NCBI GenBank assembly: GCA_951406725.2
Contig: OX597818.1
Coordinates: forward strand, 47,616,001 to 47,680,000
Source: Octopus vulgaris
Lineage: Eukaryota
Length of the DNA: 64,000 bases
Direction: 5' to 3'
The translations under genes and the position numbers were made by a program. The first letter of the stretch is position 1, and each line of letters opens with the position of its first letter. Below, in pieces: positions 1 through 11,929 of the stretch. The notes under the pieces were generated by a model, which made no database searches, was not told the origin of the DNA, and worked only from the letters and a program-made list of their open reading frames with translations.

Positions 1-21
1 TGGAGCTCTTTTTTCACCCAG
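1..21 (+). CDS. ADAR1: ADAR1 deaminase-domain exon, 3' end only (cut by window edge)
   Basis: t GGA GCT CTT TTT TCA CCC AG|GTAATA = GALFSP(R), the end of the ADAR1 PCGDGALF motif. The phase-2 donor joins in frame to 1880. Confidence 0.85.
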
Positions 22-561
22 GTAATATTTTTTTTACTTATCTAAAACAATTGCATTCTATGTTTATGAAATATACATGAATACTGAAAGGGAGAATTGA
101 AAATTGCTTTCTACACATAGATTATTGTAGGGTAATAAATTTACACAGCATATACTAGATCCATGCTGAAAATATTTTAGTCATAACAAGTTAGCTACAG
201 ATAAAATACTTCAGTTTTCTGTTTAGTTTTTTCTTCCCCCAGTGAAGATCACTTTGTATTATTAGGTTATGAAGAATGGATAGTAAACTCCATATAAAAA
301 CTTAATTGATTTCATAAAACATTTTAAAAGATCTTTGCCTTCTTATGTTAAGTTTCCAACCAGGATTTCTTGTAGCTAATCTTGTTTCTTATGGCAGAAA
401 TATATTTTGAAATGGAATCTGTTGTTTCAAAAGAATTTGAAATGAAGTGTTAAGTTATAAGGTAGTCCTGTTTACTGAAGCATAAATTTCTTTTCTAATA
501 GTTGTGAACCATTTAGGTTCTGCTCAAACTTTTATAGCATTTTTTATCATAAAAATAATAA

Positions 562-750
562 CCTGTGCCAGTGATGCGTAAAAGGCACCCACTACACGTT
601 TGCAGTGGTTGGCATTAGGAAGGGGATCTAGCCATAGAAAACAAACCAAAATCAGACTGGAACCTGGTACAGCTCTCCAGCTTACCAATTCCGTTCAAAC
701 CATCTCATCCATTGTCAGCATGGAAAGCAGATGCTAAGTGATGATGATTC
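562..750 (+). mobile_element. RTE-type LINE 3' end (5'-truncated)
   Basis: Family motif cacccactacac...ggcattaggaaggg...agcatggaaagcaga with a (GAT)n tail. The same tail follows the RTE ORF at about 12 kb. Confidence 0.7.
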
Positions 751-1714
751 CTTTCTACATCAAAATTATTCCTTCCTCTAACAATTCTATTTATCCCAAT
801 TTTAATATATACTGTCTTCTCAATTTCCATTCTGTAGACTCATTTTTAAGATGAGAATCTTGACAAAAAGAAATTTCAGTTTCTTATCCTAATTACGTTT
901 CTAATATTCTTTAACACTTTTGTTTATTAGTATCACAAAATAGGATAGATTCTCAGAATGGTTTGTACTAACTGATGATACAATAAAATAGAATAAAGCT
1001 TAGCTGTCATTTGCGAACACATATGACTTGGTAGCTTGTACTACACATTTGATAATTGTTTTGAGGTGCCTATGTAGTCATGTACAGAGAAACACAACTT
1101 CTTGGCCCTCTCTCTTGTGACTCAGTGGAGCATCAGTGATGTGACAGCTAGGGGAAAAGAGAGCTGCACTAGGGACTCATTTACGGCTGAGCAGACTGGA
1201 GCAAGCAGCACAAAATGAAGTATTCTGCTCAAGAACATAATGAGCCACTCGGTTCAGGAATTGAACCCATGACCTTATAATCATGAACAAAGCACCCTGT
1301 CCACTACCCATGCACCTAATCATTATGGCAGCCATTTCTTCTTTTCATTACTATGGGCAGGTTGATCTTCCAGAAAACTACAGTATCCAACTTCTAGGTA
1401 TTGACTGTGACCACAGATCTCTCTTGAAGCAAATATGTTCAGTCCATTCCCATGTCGGCTGCCAAGAAAATTGGATCTCTCTTCTGTGTTCACAAATTTT
1501 CCTATGCTTGACAGTATCTTGTATCTCTGTAAGGCTACCATTTGACCTTACATTGAATATTGCTGCCATCTTTGGGCTGATGCCTCTGCTGAGTGTCTTA
1601 ACTTGCTTGATTGAATTCAGAATCAAGTTATTAACAGGGTGGATCCTCCTTTTTTTAATTGGTTGGGGTCATTGGCTCATCATCACAATGTATCTTTGTT
1701 GTGTCTTTTCTATA

Positions 1715-1857
1715 AGTTGGCATTAAGAAGGGCATCCAACCATAGAAACCATGCCAAACCAGAGTGGAACTTGGTGCAGCTCTCTGGCTTACCGGTTTCC
1801 AGTCCAGCCGTCTAACCCATGCCAGCATGAAAAGCAGACACTAAATGATGATGGTGA
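1715..1857 (+). mobile_element. RTE-type LINE 3' end
   Basis: ggcattaagaagggcatcc...ccatgccagcatgaaaagcagac, then (GAT)n. It ends about 20 nt before the ADAR1 acceptor at 1879. Confidence 0.7.
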
Positions 1858-1879
1858 TTTATTTATTCCTAATTCACAG

Positions 1880-1986
1880 AGATACTGACTCAAGTAATGC
1901 AAAAATGGAGGAGGAAAACAAGCATATTCATAATCCAACTTTTTCAAGCAGTGTACAAGGATTGCTGCGAACAAAAGTGGAAGGAG
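1880..1986 (+). CDS. ADAR1: ADAR1 deaminase-domain exon
   Basis: cacAG|A GAT...GAA GGA G|GT. Encodes (R)DTDSSNAKMEEENKHIHNPTFSSSVQGLLRTKVEG(G), which aligns to human ADAR1 [21 protein letters not shown]. Confidence 0.93.
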
Positions 1987-2215
1987 GTTCGTACACTTTT
2001 ATTGTATTTATTTGTTGTTGTGTGTCATTTGCAGGTAAAAATATCTTTTGGTAATATTTTTGTCTCCTCACAGGTATTGATTAATGGTGTTTTTTCTGAA
2101 GGTGTTGGGTTACACGAGTTACAGATGTCAGGATTCCTTTCATCTTTTTATATCATTATTGGTTTTTAAAACAACTCCTCTGAATACATTTATGTGTGAA
2201 AAACATGTATGCCTG

Positions 2216-2270
<55 letters not shown>

Positions 2271-2477
2271 CTGTATGGGTTTTTTTGTGTTGTATCTTCT
2301 CTGTAATGTTTTTCTTGTGTTGACTTAGTTTGATTTGATCAAGACAAAGGCTACATGTACTTCAAAAAAATTAAATTTGTTATGTCTATATTTTCCTCAG
2401 GTTGTTCTGTATTTTGTCATGTGTATTGACTGTGTTTAAAATAATGATAAAATTGTATAACTTTCACTTGCTAACTA

Positions 2478-2600
2478 TTGTGGTTCTAGGTTCAGCCCCA
2501 CTTTGTCGCATCTTAAGCAAGTGTCTTCTACTATAGCCCCACACCGATCAAAACCTTGTGAGCATATTTGGTAGATGGAAAACTGAAAGGAGCCTGTTGT
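2478..2600 (+). mobile_element. tRNA-derived SINE (CORE-like family), decayed
   Basis: ggttcagcccca...gcaagtgtcttctactatagcc...ccttgtgag...tttggtagatggaaactgaaag. Confidence 0.65.
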
Positions 2601-2974
2601 TTGTGTGTATGAGTATTTTGTGTGTGTGTTTGTTTGTTTACATTTTAACTTCTAAAAATTACTGAACTACAAGCAGTGATGTTATTTGTTCTGTAAAAAA
2701 GAAAAATTTTCTGCTCACTTTGTGTCTTCAAAGATATGAAAAATAAGAAATAGGTCCCTTGCTTGAAACCAGGTTAGGGTTAGTGGCAGGAAGGACATCT
2801 GGCTGTAAAACAATACCTCAATAATATATTCAACTAACTTATACTGTCATACAAAAATGGATGTAAAAATGAGCAAATGAATGGACATACAATTTTATAC
2901 TCAAAGCAATCTTTATTGTGTTGAAGCATTGTTATAATGTGTTTGTATTGGTATGGCTTAGTTTTTATATTATA

Positions 2975-3770
2975 TCAGCTGATTTGGTTGCCTAGGTAAC
3001 AGATGCTATCAACTACTTCTATGGAGTCATTCAAACATTGAAAAAAAAATATTTTATTAGTTCTCTCACTACTAACTACTGTAACAAGGTCTTTATTAGC
3101 TGTCATTTCTTGACCACTCATTAGCTCACATTGTGTACACTGTATGGAGTTCCTACCAGTTACTTTTCCTTGATAGCAGAGGAGTCCTCTCTTCTTTCCG
3201 TATTTCAAAAACTTTAGTCTTTGCTGAGTTTACTCCTAGATCTCTTTTATTCCTATGCCTGGCACTACCTCATAAGCATATAGAACTTCTCACAAGCAGC
3301 TAGTATTACACATTCCCTTGTTATAGCTTGGAGAACAATATAAATAGAGGAAGAATGAGAACTGAACCTTGATGAACACTTGATGGCTGTTCTGAAAGCA
3401 TAATAAAATAGGCTGAAAGATGTTCAGGGAGCTACTACTTTTGCAAGCAAGAAAGGGTTTCTCTTTCAGAGTGAAGGACAGATTGTCTGTTACCTGTGTG
3501 TGAAATGCGATACTGAATAATAGTGATTTGAAAGAAATGAAGCACTCATGTTTCACAGTATGTATAGTGTTACTATGCATGAATAATCAAATGTAAATGA
3601 GTTTAGGGAAAAGCAGGTCTCTGTGTGTGAATGAAATTGGTCGTTATTTAAATTCTGTGAGCAGCTTTTAAAAAGTCCATGAAATGCATTTCTCTGGCTT
3701 GTTGGATCCTGTCGAACTAAACAACTACCCTATTCCAGCATGGAAGATGGATGTTAAATGATGATGATGG
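2975..3770. mobile_element. Decayed RTE LINE fragment with an inverted 5' part
   Basis: Minus strand 2975-3280 reads EVVDSICYLGNQIS (RTE RT C-terminus). Plus strand from about 3380 continues the same ORF region and ends in the family (GAT)n tail. Confidence 0.55.
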
Positions 3771-3938
3771 TAGGTAGCATACAAGGTTGGAAATCAGCAG
3801 CTTGTGAGGCAAACAGTCATCAAGAGATCGTTAAATATTGGGAGGGATGGTAATAAGAAGTGTGGGGGGAAAAGGCAGTGAGGTAGTAAGAGAAGAAAGA
3901 AAGAACTCTACAATAGAGGTATTGAGGGAATTAGTGTG

Positions 3939-4166
3939 TTAACCCTTTTGTTACTGTATTTATTTTGAGATGCTCTGTGTTTCTTTCAATTACTTTAAAT
4001 ATAACAAAGAATTTAGTAAAATAACTTAGTTATCATTAAGTTAGTGTTAGGAACATAAATTGGGACTAAGGTTTGGTAGAAGATTATTATTCAAAACTTA
4101 TGAAAACAAGACATTTGTACTCGGAGCTAGTGCCGGTTTCAGCCAGGTTGGTAACAAAGGGGTTAA
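3939..4166. mobile_element. piggyBac-type MITE
   Basis: TTAA|CCCTTTTGTTAC ... GTAACAAAGGGG|TTAA terminal inverted repeats with TTAA target sites. Confidence 0.7.
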
Positions 4167-4999
4167 AATAACATAGGTATAGAGAATGAGTAAATGACAG
4201 ACAAAATAAGAGAGAGGTTCATGTATGTTATCAAAATGAGTGGGAGAAGACATTGAGAAATGAAGAGAAAGAGGTAGGGGCAGAATCTGATTGAGAAAGG
4301 GAAAAGAAGGAAATCTGTATGTGTAGAGGGGAAGCGAAGTAATGGAATATGGGAGTGAGTCAATGAGAAAAATGAAGGAGAGTGAATGGAGGTAAAAAGA
4401 ACAACTGAAAGAAGACAAAATGAAACACAAAAAGAAAATAGAGTAAGGCTTAAAACAAAAACATTAAGGATTACTGAAAGAAGGCAGAAATAAATCCCAT
4501 CATTTTTATAGTTACTGTACCAATAATAATAAAGATTAACAACTATCAACTACATTGCCAAAATTTCCCCAACAGCTTTATTCCAAATAGTGCCTCATCT
4601 GAGTAAATATGATGCTGGAGAAAGATCCTATTACTTCTCCAAAGAGTTGCTATTTATAATTCTATTTCAGTTTATTGATTTATTAAGTTTCATTTTAGTG
4701 AACTTTGTTACCAATCCAAAATATCAGAATTTTCTGTCACTATGATAACAATATTATTATTATTATCATTGCTACTATGTTGCTTTTATCTCTGGTGATT
4801 GTTCTAAAAATATATATATACAATTGCCATACTATTGATATTAATGAAATCTATGGATGAATGCTATGATAAAACCTAAAAATAGTAGGGTTTATTTCAT
4901 GCTCAGTTTAATATATACTTCCTTGCTACTTTAATATTTCTCATTTAAGTAATCCATAAATGTTCAAAATCCATAAATAAGTGCAGGCATGGGTGTGTG

Positions 5000-5842
5000 T
5001 TGTCAGACATAGGGTCTTCCAGCAGCCACTCTCTTGACCTAGGGCACCACTACCTCCTCCAGGCACTTGATGTAGGCCTCCATGTTGAGTTTGTGGCCGT
5101 ATGGGAAGATGAATGTCCTCTTCACTAGTGATCACTCCAAACACCATGATGTTGACTGGATGTTTGATTTTTATCACTCTCGATACATGTTTTCGGGACA
5201 TGGCAAGCCAACAGTAATTCTGTGTGACAAAAATTTTTCTCATCTGAGAAAAACCAAAACATGTTCGGTTGGAGGGGATACTTGAGTTTGTTCAAAAGCT
5301 TTATAGCACAGTCTTTCCTCTTGTCCTTGATGGCTTCGGGTAAAACTTGGTCCTTTCTCATCTTGTATGAGAAATACCAAATGACTTCATGCACTGTGTG
5401 CCTAAGAAGAAACTCAGACACTCCTATGTCCCTGACGATGGACCTGATTGACTTGGAAGGATCGTTATAAATCATGGCCTGGATCTCACCAACAAATTCA
5501 GGAGTTCTTTTCTTATCAGAACAATCAGAGTGAGTTTTCTGAGCTGCTGTACCTTCATAATCACCATTACACTCATCCAACTCTTTCCAAATCCTCTGCA
5601 CTGTCCTCAGATTGACACCAAAACACTCTGAAATGTTCATATTGGGGCTTTTGGTGTGACTACCAAACAGTAGAGCATGTCGTTTACAAATTTCTGGCAG
5701 AGTGAATGGTACTGTTTTTCTCACAGACAGTGCCCAGTTGACCCTACTGTACTGTGTAGTTGATAAAATCAAAAACAAACGATGTGCATGTGCAAAATTA
5801 AAAAAATATAAAATGGCGACAATTTACCCATCGTACCCTGTA
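5000..5842 (-). mobile_element. Tc1/mariner DNA transposon, 5' part with broken transposase
   Basis: ORF 5125-5778 has an HTH region and FFSDEKNF (first catalytic D). A frameshifted continuation reads HPVNIMVFGVITS. The terminus reads TA|CAGGGT on the minus strand. Confidence 0.8.
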
Positions 5843-6169
5843 TATACTGGTTTCCTGCCCTTATACATTGTATGCACAGAAAGAATTTATGATTGATATG
5901 TTAGCTTATAATACCACTTCTAAGGAAGTCAATAATTTCGTTCTCGAAATCTAGTAAAAACTTGTAGGTTGAAATGCACATAATTAAATTATTATTAGAT
6001 TAAAATGTACGTGAATATGAATCTCTTTCACTGAATCCAATACTATTTAGTTGTCATAGTTTGCTAACCAGCTGATTTTTGCACAAATCACCCCATTTTC
6101 AGAACTAAGCTAAAATTTTTAAATAATTTCTCTGAATATTTTTATCTTTTATCATTAGTTTCTGTGTAT

Positions 6170-6600
6170 GGCGGAAAGCTAGCAGAATCGTTAGCACACC
6201 GGGCGAAATGCTTAGCTGTATTCCATCTGCCGTTACGTTCTGAGTTCAAATTCTGCCGAGGTCGACTTTGCCTTTCATCCTTTTGGGGTCGATAAATTAA
6301 GTACCAGTCACACACTGGGGTCAATGTAATCGACTTAATACCTTTGTCCTTGTTTGTCCCTTCTATGTTTAGCACCTTGTGGGCAATAAAGAAATAAGAA
6401 TCGTTAGCATGCCAGGCAAAATACTTAGCATCATGTCATTCAATGCTACTCTCTGTGTTCAAATTCTGCCAAGGACAACTTTGCCATTCATCCATTTGGG
6501 GGTTGATGAAAAATATACCAGTTGAGCCCTGAGGTCACTATAATCAAATGTCTCCCCTCCCCACAAAATTTCAAGCCTTGTACCTATAGCAGAAAGGATT
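6170..6600 (+). mobile_element. tRNA-derived SINE (Meta/Sauria-like central domain): one young copy and one older tandem copy
   Basis: ggcgg..gctagcagaatcgttagc (A box), gagttcaaattc (B box), gtcgactttgcctttcatcc..ggggtcgataaa..agtaccag core. Confidence 0.8.
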
Positions 6601-6689
6601 GTCAGCTTCTATTTCGAGCTGGCAGAATTCTTTGCATGCCAGCCAAAATGCTTAGCAGCATTTCTTCCAGCTTCGTGTTCTAAGCTCAG

Positions 6690-7292
6690 ATCCATGGGGC
6701 ATCATTTCCCATTCAAACTGCTCCAGCCTTTGAAGTGTCATCCTCACTGTATGTGGCTGAGCATTATCCTGATGGAAGAACACCTTTAGTCTTGAAACCA
6801 AAGGTGGTCATTTTTCATCTAGTGCTAACTTGAATGACGAAATCCAGACTTGTCTAATAGTTCCTCAACAGTTATGATTGGATTTTGTTCCCCCAGAGTT
6901 TGCAAGATGTTCTCGTCAAGCTCTACAGATCTTTCAGGATGAGGCTTGTCTTCTAGGTTGTAGTTTCCGTCTCAGGATTTTTGGAACTACTGTTGACACT
7001 GTTTTACTGTTATTGTCTGATCCCATGTCCTGCATTAGTATTCCTAGCACTTTCCATTGCATTATTGCCTTTATTGAACTCATAAAGCAAAATATGCCAA
7101 ATATGCTCCTTTGTTACTTCCATTACAGCTTTGAAAAAATAACTTTAAAATCAAACAGCACTAAGAATAAGTACAAGGTAAAATTGCTACCTGTTTTTAT
7201 AGCAAGTTGATGCAGGTGGTTTATCACATCCCCCTCCAACTTTTAGTTCATGCAATTGAAAAATACCACATTGTTTATGGGATAACCCAATA
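6690..7292 (-). mobile_element. mariner remnant
   Basis: Minus strand reads VFFHQDNAQPHT (mariner catalytic motif). The terminus ggataacccaata is a mariner-type TIR. Confidence 0.65.
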
Positions 7293-7922
7293 TATAGAAG
7301 AATTTAAGAATTAGTTTAAATCTTGTACACTATTACATTTTCAAATATTTTTTGTGGGAGAATGAATTTATCAGATAAATTTAATTTTTTTCATCAGACC
7401 ATGTCCATGTGATTACTACTACATAGCACCAGGTTTGTTCCCATTGTGTAGCATTTTAGGCAAATATCATTTATCATAACCTTAGGTTAACCAATACCTT
7501 GTGAATGGAATTTAATAGATGGAAACTGTACTGAAGACAGAAGCCCATTGTGTGTGCATGTGTATATGTTTACATGTCCTTCACTGTGTACATCCGCAAA
7601 AAAAAAAGTTAAAAACTGTCCTTTGAATGAAGACCACTAAATTAGAGACACTCCATACTTGTTCTGTAAATCACTGATGCTATTTTTTGTTTAAAAAAAA
7701 TTGCAATATAAAATAAATAAATAAAATTCTGATGATCAAGAAGTTTCGTTACTCTGTGATCATTTTAACTCATTTAAGACTTCTCTATTTTTATTTATCT
7801 TTTACAACCCAAAGCTGTAAAATTTTATGATATTTTTACCATCTTGCAGGTTTTCTCAAGTTTAAAAAGATTATCAAATCAAGATATTTAGCCGTTTCTT
7901 TTTTGTCTTTTTTCCTATTTAG

Positions 7923-8105
7923 GCGAAGGAACCATTCCAATCGATGCTGATTTCACTGAACAAACATGGGATGGAATTCAACGTGGTGAAAGATTGCGTA
8001 CAATGTCTTGCTCTGATAAAATTTGTCGCTGGAACGTTGTTGGTCTGCAGGGGGCTCTTCTGAGCCACTTCATCGAGCCTATATATTTAGATTCGCTGAC
8101 ATTAG
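7923..8105 (+). CDS. ADAR1: ADAR1 deaminase-domain exon (base-flipping E, Zn-ligand MSCSDK)
   Basis: Polypyrimidine tract plus tttAG|GC GAA GGA...TTA G|GTATT, 183 nt, phase 1/1. Encodes [61 protein letters not shown](G). Not present in the ORF track. Confidence 0.97.
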
Positions 8106-8158
8106 GTATTTCTTTATGTTTAATTTAAAACTGTTTTAATTTTAATATTAACAATTGA

Positions 8159-8386
8159 TTAATCCTTCAGCATTCAGATTACACTGTCAAATGTAATTTG
8201 TAGTTATTCACATTGTTTGAATTAATCATGCATTATTTCATAGCTTTGAGATTTCAATGATGTAATTGTTTAATTTTTCAAATGACATTGTAGATTAGGT
8301 GTGAGAGACCAGATCTGGCTGATCTGCACATAAAACATGTAGAATATTTGGGTCAAATATGGCCAGTTTCAATTCTAAAGGGTTAA
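8159..8386. mobile_element. piggyBac-type MITE
   Basis: ttaatccttcagcatt ... aattctaaagggttaa. A related sequence flanks the element at 58787-59513. Confidence 0.6.
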
Positions 8387-8714
8387 AGGGTTTTTTTAAT
8401 TACATTTTCATTGTAATATTTCAATTAAGTTTGAAATTATTTAAAGTATTGTATATAAATTTTAACCCTAAAACATTTTGTTTCCCACATCGTGAATAAT
8501 AACAGTATTAAAACTCAATTCAAACGGGGTCATAAGAGTTACAGTTTTAGTTTCTTTTCTATATATACAGTTTAATATCGTCATATTAATCTGGAGAGTG
8601 ATATGATTGATATAGTTATTAAATATTTTGCATGCAGTTTTCCTTCTGTATTGATAAATTCAGGAAATTTCAACTATCTTTTGAATAAGTTAACTTTGTA
8701 TAATTTATACAATT

Positions 8715-9069
8715 CGAGCGTGATCGTTACCTGCGTTGCTTTACTGGCGCTTATGCTGGTGGCACGTGAAAAAACATTCAAGTGAGGTCGTTGCCAGTGC
8801 CGCTGAACTGGCTCCTGTGCAGGTGGCACATAAAAAGCACCATTTGAGCGTGACCTTTGCCAGTACTGCCTGACTGGCCCTTGTACTGGTGGCATGTAAA
8901 AGCACCCACTACACTCTTGGAGTGGTTGGCATTAGGAAGGGCATCCAGCTGTAGTAACTCTGCCAGATCAGATTGGAGCCTGGTGCAGTCATCTGGTTCG
9001 CCAGTCCTCAGTCAAATCGTCCAACCCATGCTAGCATGGAAAGCGGACGTTAAACAATGGTGATGATGA
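8715..9069 (+). mobile_element. RTE-type LINE 3' end
   Basis: Internal repeats ggtggcacgtaaaa-like, then ggagtggttggcattaggaagggcatccagctg...catggaaagcggacgttaaac and a (GAT)n tail. Confidence 0.75.
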
Positions 9070-9199
9070 CTTTATAATTAAATAAATTGTATTTGTCTGT
9101 TGAATTGTCCAGTTGTTTGTTAGCACACAAGTAAAGGTCTTATGGCTGTGCCAAAATTTTGGGTTTCACTCTCACCAAAGATCTCTCCTAATAAAAGCT

Positions 9200-9710
9200 C
9201 ATGCTTAACATAGCTATGACTGCATCCTGAAGACTGGCCATCCTCTTCAGGTCCAGAAGCTACTTTAGCACCAACCTTTTACAAAGCTTAGGTGAAGACC
9301 ACAATGGAGTATTGTTCTCACATCTGGGGCAGTGCTACTGCTGCTGGTTGCACAGATGTCCTAACAAAGGCCAGACAAAGGCCACCTGGTTGATGGGCAT
9401 AAAATAACTCCAACATTCTTTAGCCTTAAGCATACAGGCAGACTATTTTCTCTGGGCTGGGCTCCTGTAACTGCCACTCAAGTATTCTTGTCCTACACCT
9501 CTCTCTTATTTCTTATCCTGCTTGTGCCCCTCAGCCCAGGGCTCATACTGATCACAATGCCCAGTTCTTTCCTAGAATGCTGGCCATTTTGGAACTCCTT
9601 CCTTGCGCACGTCCTTTTCACATGTGCTGAGTTGCAATAGTTCAAGAGGACCATTAATGACATCAATCTCACCAGTCTCAGAGAGTGCAAACACCATGAG
9701 CACACTTCTT
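9200..9710 (+). mobile_element. Decayed non-LTR retrotransposon fragment (CR1/L2/Jockey-group RT C-terminus)
   Basis: Disrupted frame reads YKA..TTMEYCSHIWGSA, matching the EY.S.VW motif found downstream of the RT domain. Confidence 0.55.
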
Positions 9711-10445
9711 TCCTTCAGACCCAGTAAATAAAAGAAAATGTTTCAGTTTGTGAAACTGAGAACATTAAATAATTAAAAATATAAAAATGGATACCTTAAA
9801 TGGTTCCTTAGCTTCAAAAGACTTTTAAGTGTCTCTATTTAGCTCTGATTTCATGGCATTCAATGAATGAGAGACAAATCTCACTGTAATTAGGATACTG
9901 GTCTGTCTGAGGCTAATAGTAACAGATGACTTATTACCAATACCCGATTTGTTAGATGGACTGAGTCACTGTAGAAATACAATGAAATATTTGAAATCAT
10001 TAATTTGTGAATAGGTAATCAAAGTCAGTTATAGTTAGTCTTCCACAGAAGATTTAGATATAAAATATAACATAACAATCTCAGGAAACTAGTTTGTATT
10101 GGAAAAAAACCCCAGATCAGTAAAATGTGTATGATGATGAGAAGTGAATTTTAGTTATAGAGGCAGGGCCCTTCAACAATGAACCTTGTCTGAAATGTTG
10201 AAATACTCTTCCCATCATAAAACACAACCTGTAAACGTTTAAATATATCTTAGGGCATTTTAGCTTTTACTATTATCATCCCATTATTTTCCTTGAATTC
10301 TCATTTTTGACACATGTTATCTGAATGGCCATCTCTATAATATAATAGAAAGAACTAGAAGTAGCAATTACTTTGGTACTTACTAGTAATTACTTTAAAC
10401 CATGGTGGGTGTATATATGTTTTATCTATTTTGTTATATTTACAG

Positions 10446-10686
10446 GTTATCTTTATGATCATGGTCACCTTGCTCGTGCAGTATGTTGCCGTATAGAACG
10501 TGGAGAAGCCTCTGTAAATCAGCTGTTACCAGAAGGCTATCGTTTGAACCATCCCTGGCTTGGCAGGGTAACTGCTTGCGACCCCCCAAGAGAAACCCAA
10601 AAGACAAAATCTCTGAGCATAAACTGGTGTTATGATGATGAGAAGTCTGAAGTTCTTGATGGCACAGCTGGCATCTGTTATACAGC
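10446..10686 (+). CDS. ADAR1: ADAR1 deaminase-domain exon
   Basis: tacAG|GT TAT...ACA GC|GTAAT, 241 nt. Encodes YLYDHGHLARAVCCRIERGE...RLNHPWLGRV...SINWC...EVLDGTAG. Confidence 0.96.
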
Positions 10687-10779
10687 GTAATTTATCTTTT
10701 TATTTTGCTTCATATTTAAACATTATTACAGTGATAACCGTTTTTATTTGTAAAATGACTAAGTTCAGTAGTAACTCTA

Positions 10780-11640
10780 ATTTTGGTACAAGGCCAGCAG
10801 TTTTGAAGGGTGGGGCAAGTCAGTTACATCAACACTGGTAATTGACTGATACTTTACTTTATTGATCCCAAAATGATGAAAGGCTGGCAAAACTTGGTGG
10901 AATTTAAACCCAGAACATAAAAAGCCAAAAGAAATACTGTACACATTTTGTCTGATATGCTAATGATTCTTATTTCTTTATTGCCCACAAGGGGCTAAAC
11001 ATAGATGAGACAAACAAGGACAGACAAAGGGATTAAGTCGATTACATCGACCCCAGTGCATAACTGGTACTTAATTTATTGACCCCAAAAGGATGAAAGG
11101 CAAAGTCAACCTTGGCAGAATTTGAACTCAGAACGTAGCGGCAGACGAAATACCTATTTCTGTACTACCCTCAAGGGGCTAAACATAGAGTGGGCAAACA
11201 AGGACAGACAAACGAATTAAGTCGATTATATTGACCCCAGTGCATAACTGGTACTTATTTAATCGACCCCGAAAGGATAAAAGGCAAAGTCGACCTCAGT
11301 GGAATTTGAACTCAGAACATAACAGCAGACGAAATACCGCTAAGCATTTCACCCGGCATGCTAACGTTTCTGCCAGCTCACCGCCTGATATGCTAGTGAT
11401 TCTACCAGCATGTATCATCAGTGCATCTGTTAAATAATGGTTTCACATTTTGACACGAGGCCAGCAATTTGATGGGGAGGAGATAAGGTGGTTACATTGA
11501 CAAACACCCCTCTTCCATTCCCATTTCTTGATTGGTACTTTATTTCATTGATCCTGAAAGGATGAAGCCAAAGTTGACCTTGGCAGAAAGTAAACTCAGA
11601 ATGTAAAGAGCTGGTAGAATGTTGTCTGAAGTGCTAACAA
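10780..11640 (-). mobile_element. Nested cluster of four antisense tRNA-SINE copies (same family as 6170)
   Basis: Two young copies at 10971-11384 sit inside an older copy. They are flanked by a duplicated ctgatatgcta(a/g)tgattct at 10952-10970 and 11385-11403. Confidence 0.8.
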
Positions 11641-11929
11641 TACTGCTCGCTTATATCTACCTGGTTGGCAACTGATACCATTTTTACTCCAAAGAAATAT
11701 TAGATGAATTCATCAAACTGTAGAATTATTGCTTCCGCCATAATATAAATTTAGAAATTCTTGTTCGGTTTTTTTCTATTCTAATCATTTTTCTGCACCT
11801 AATTTTGACTATTTAAAAAATTTTATATTGTTATTCTTAATACAAAAGTTTTTTAATAAAATAGTTTTTGTATTCGTAATGGGTACTTTACTTCTACCAG
11901 TTCTTCTCTTTGATTTTACTGCTTGTGTA

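Noticed and set aside
1283-1726. 147-aa hydrophobic ORF in an ADAR1 intron
   Set aside because: It has no recognisable motif, starts within a SINE remnant and ends in an RTE tail, and does not fit the ADAR exon chain.
4098-4549. Hydrophobic minus-strand ORFs
   Set aside because: They are the reverse complement of a GA-rich low-complexity tract plus a MITE.
6170-6260. tRNA genes at SINE heads (also 48315 and 61680)
   Set aside because: A and B boxes are present, but there is no full cloverleaf and each continues into a SINE body.
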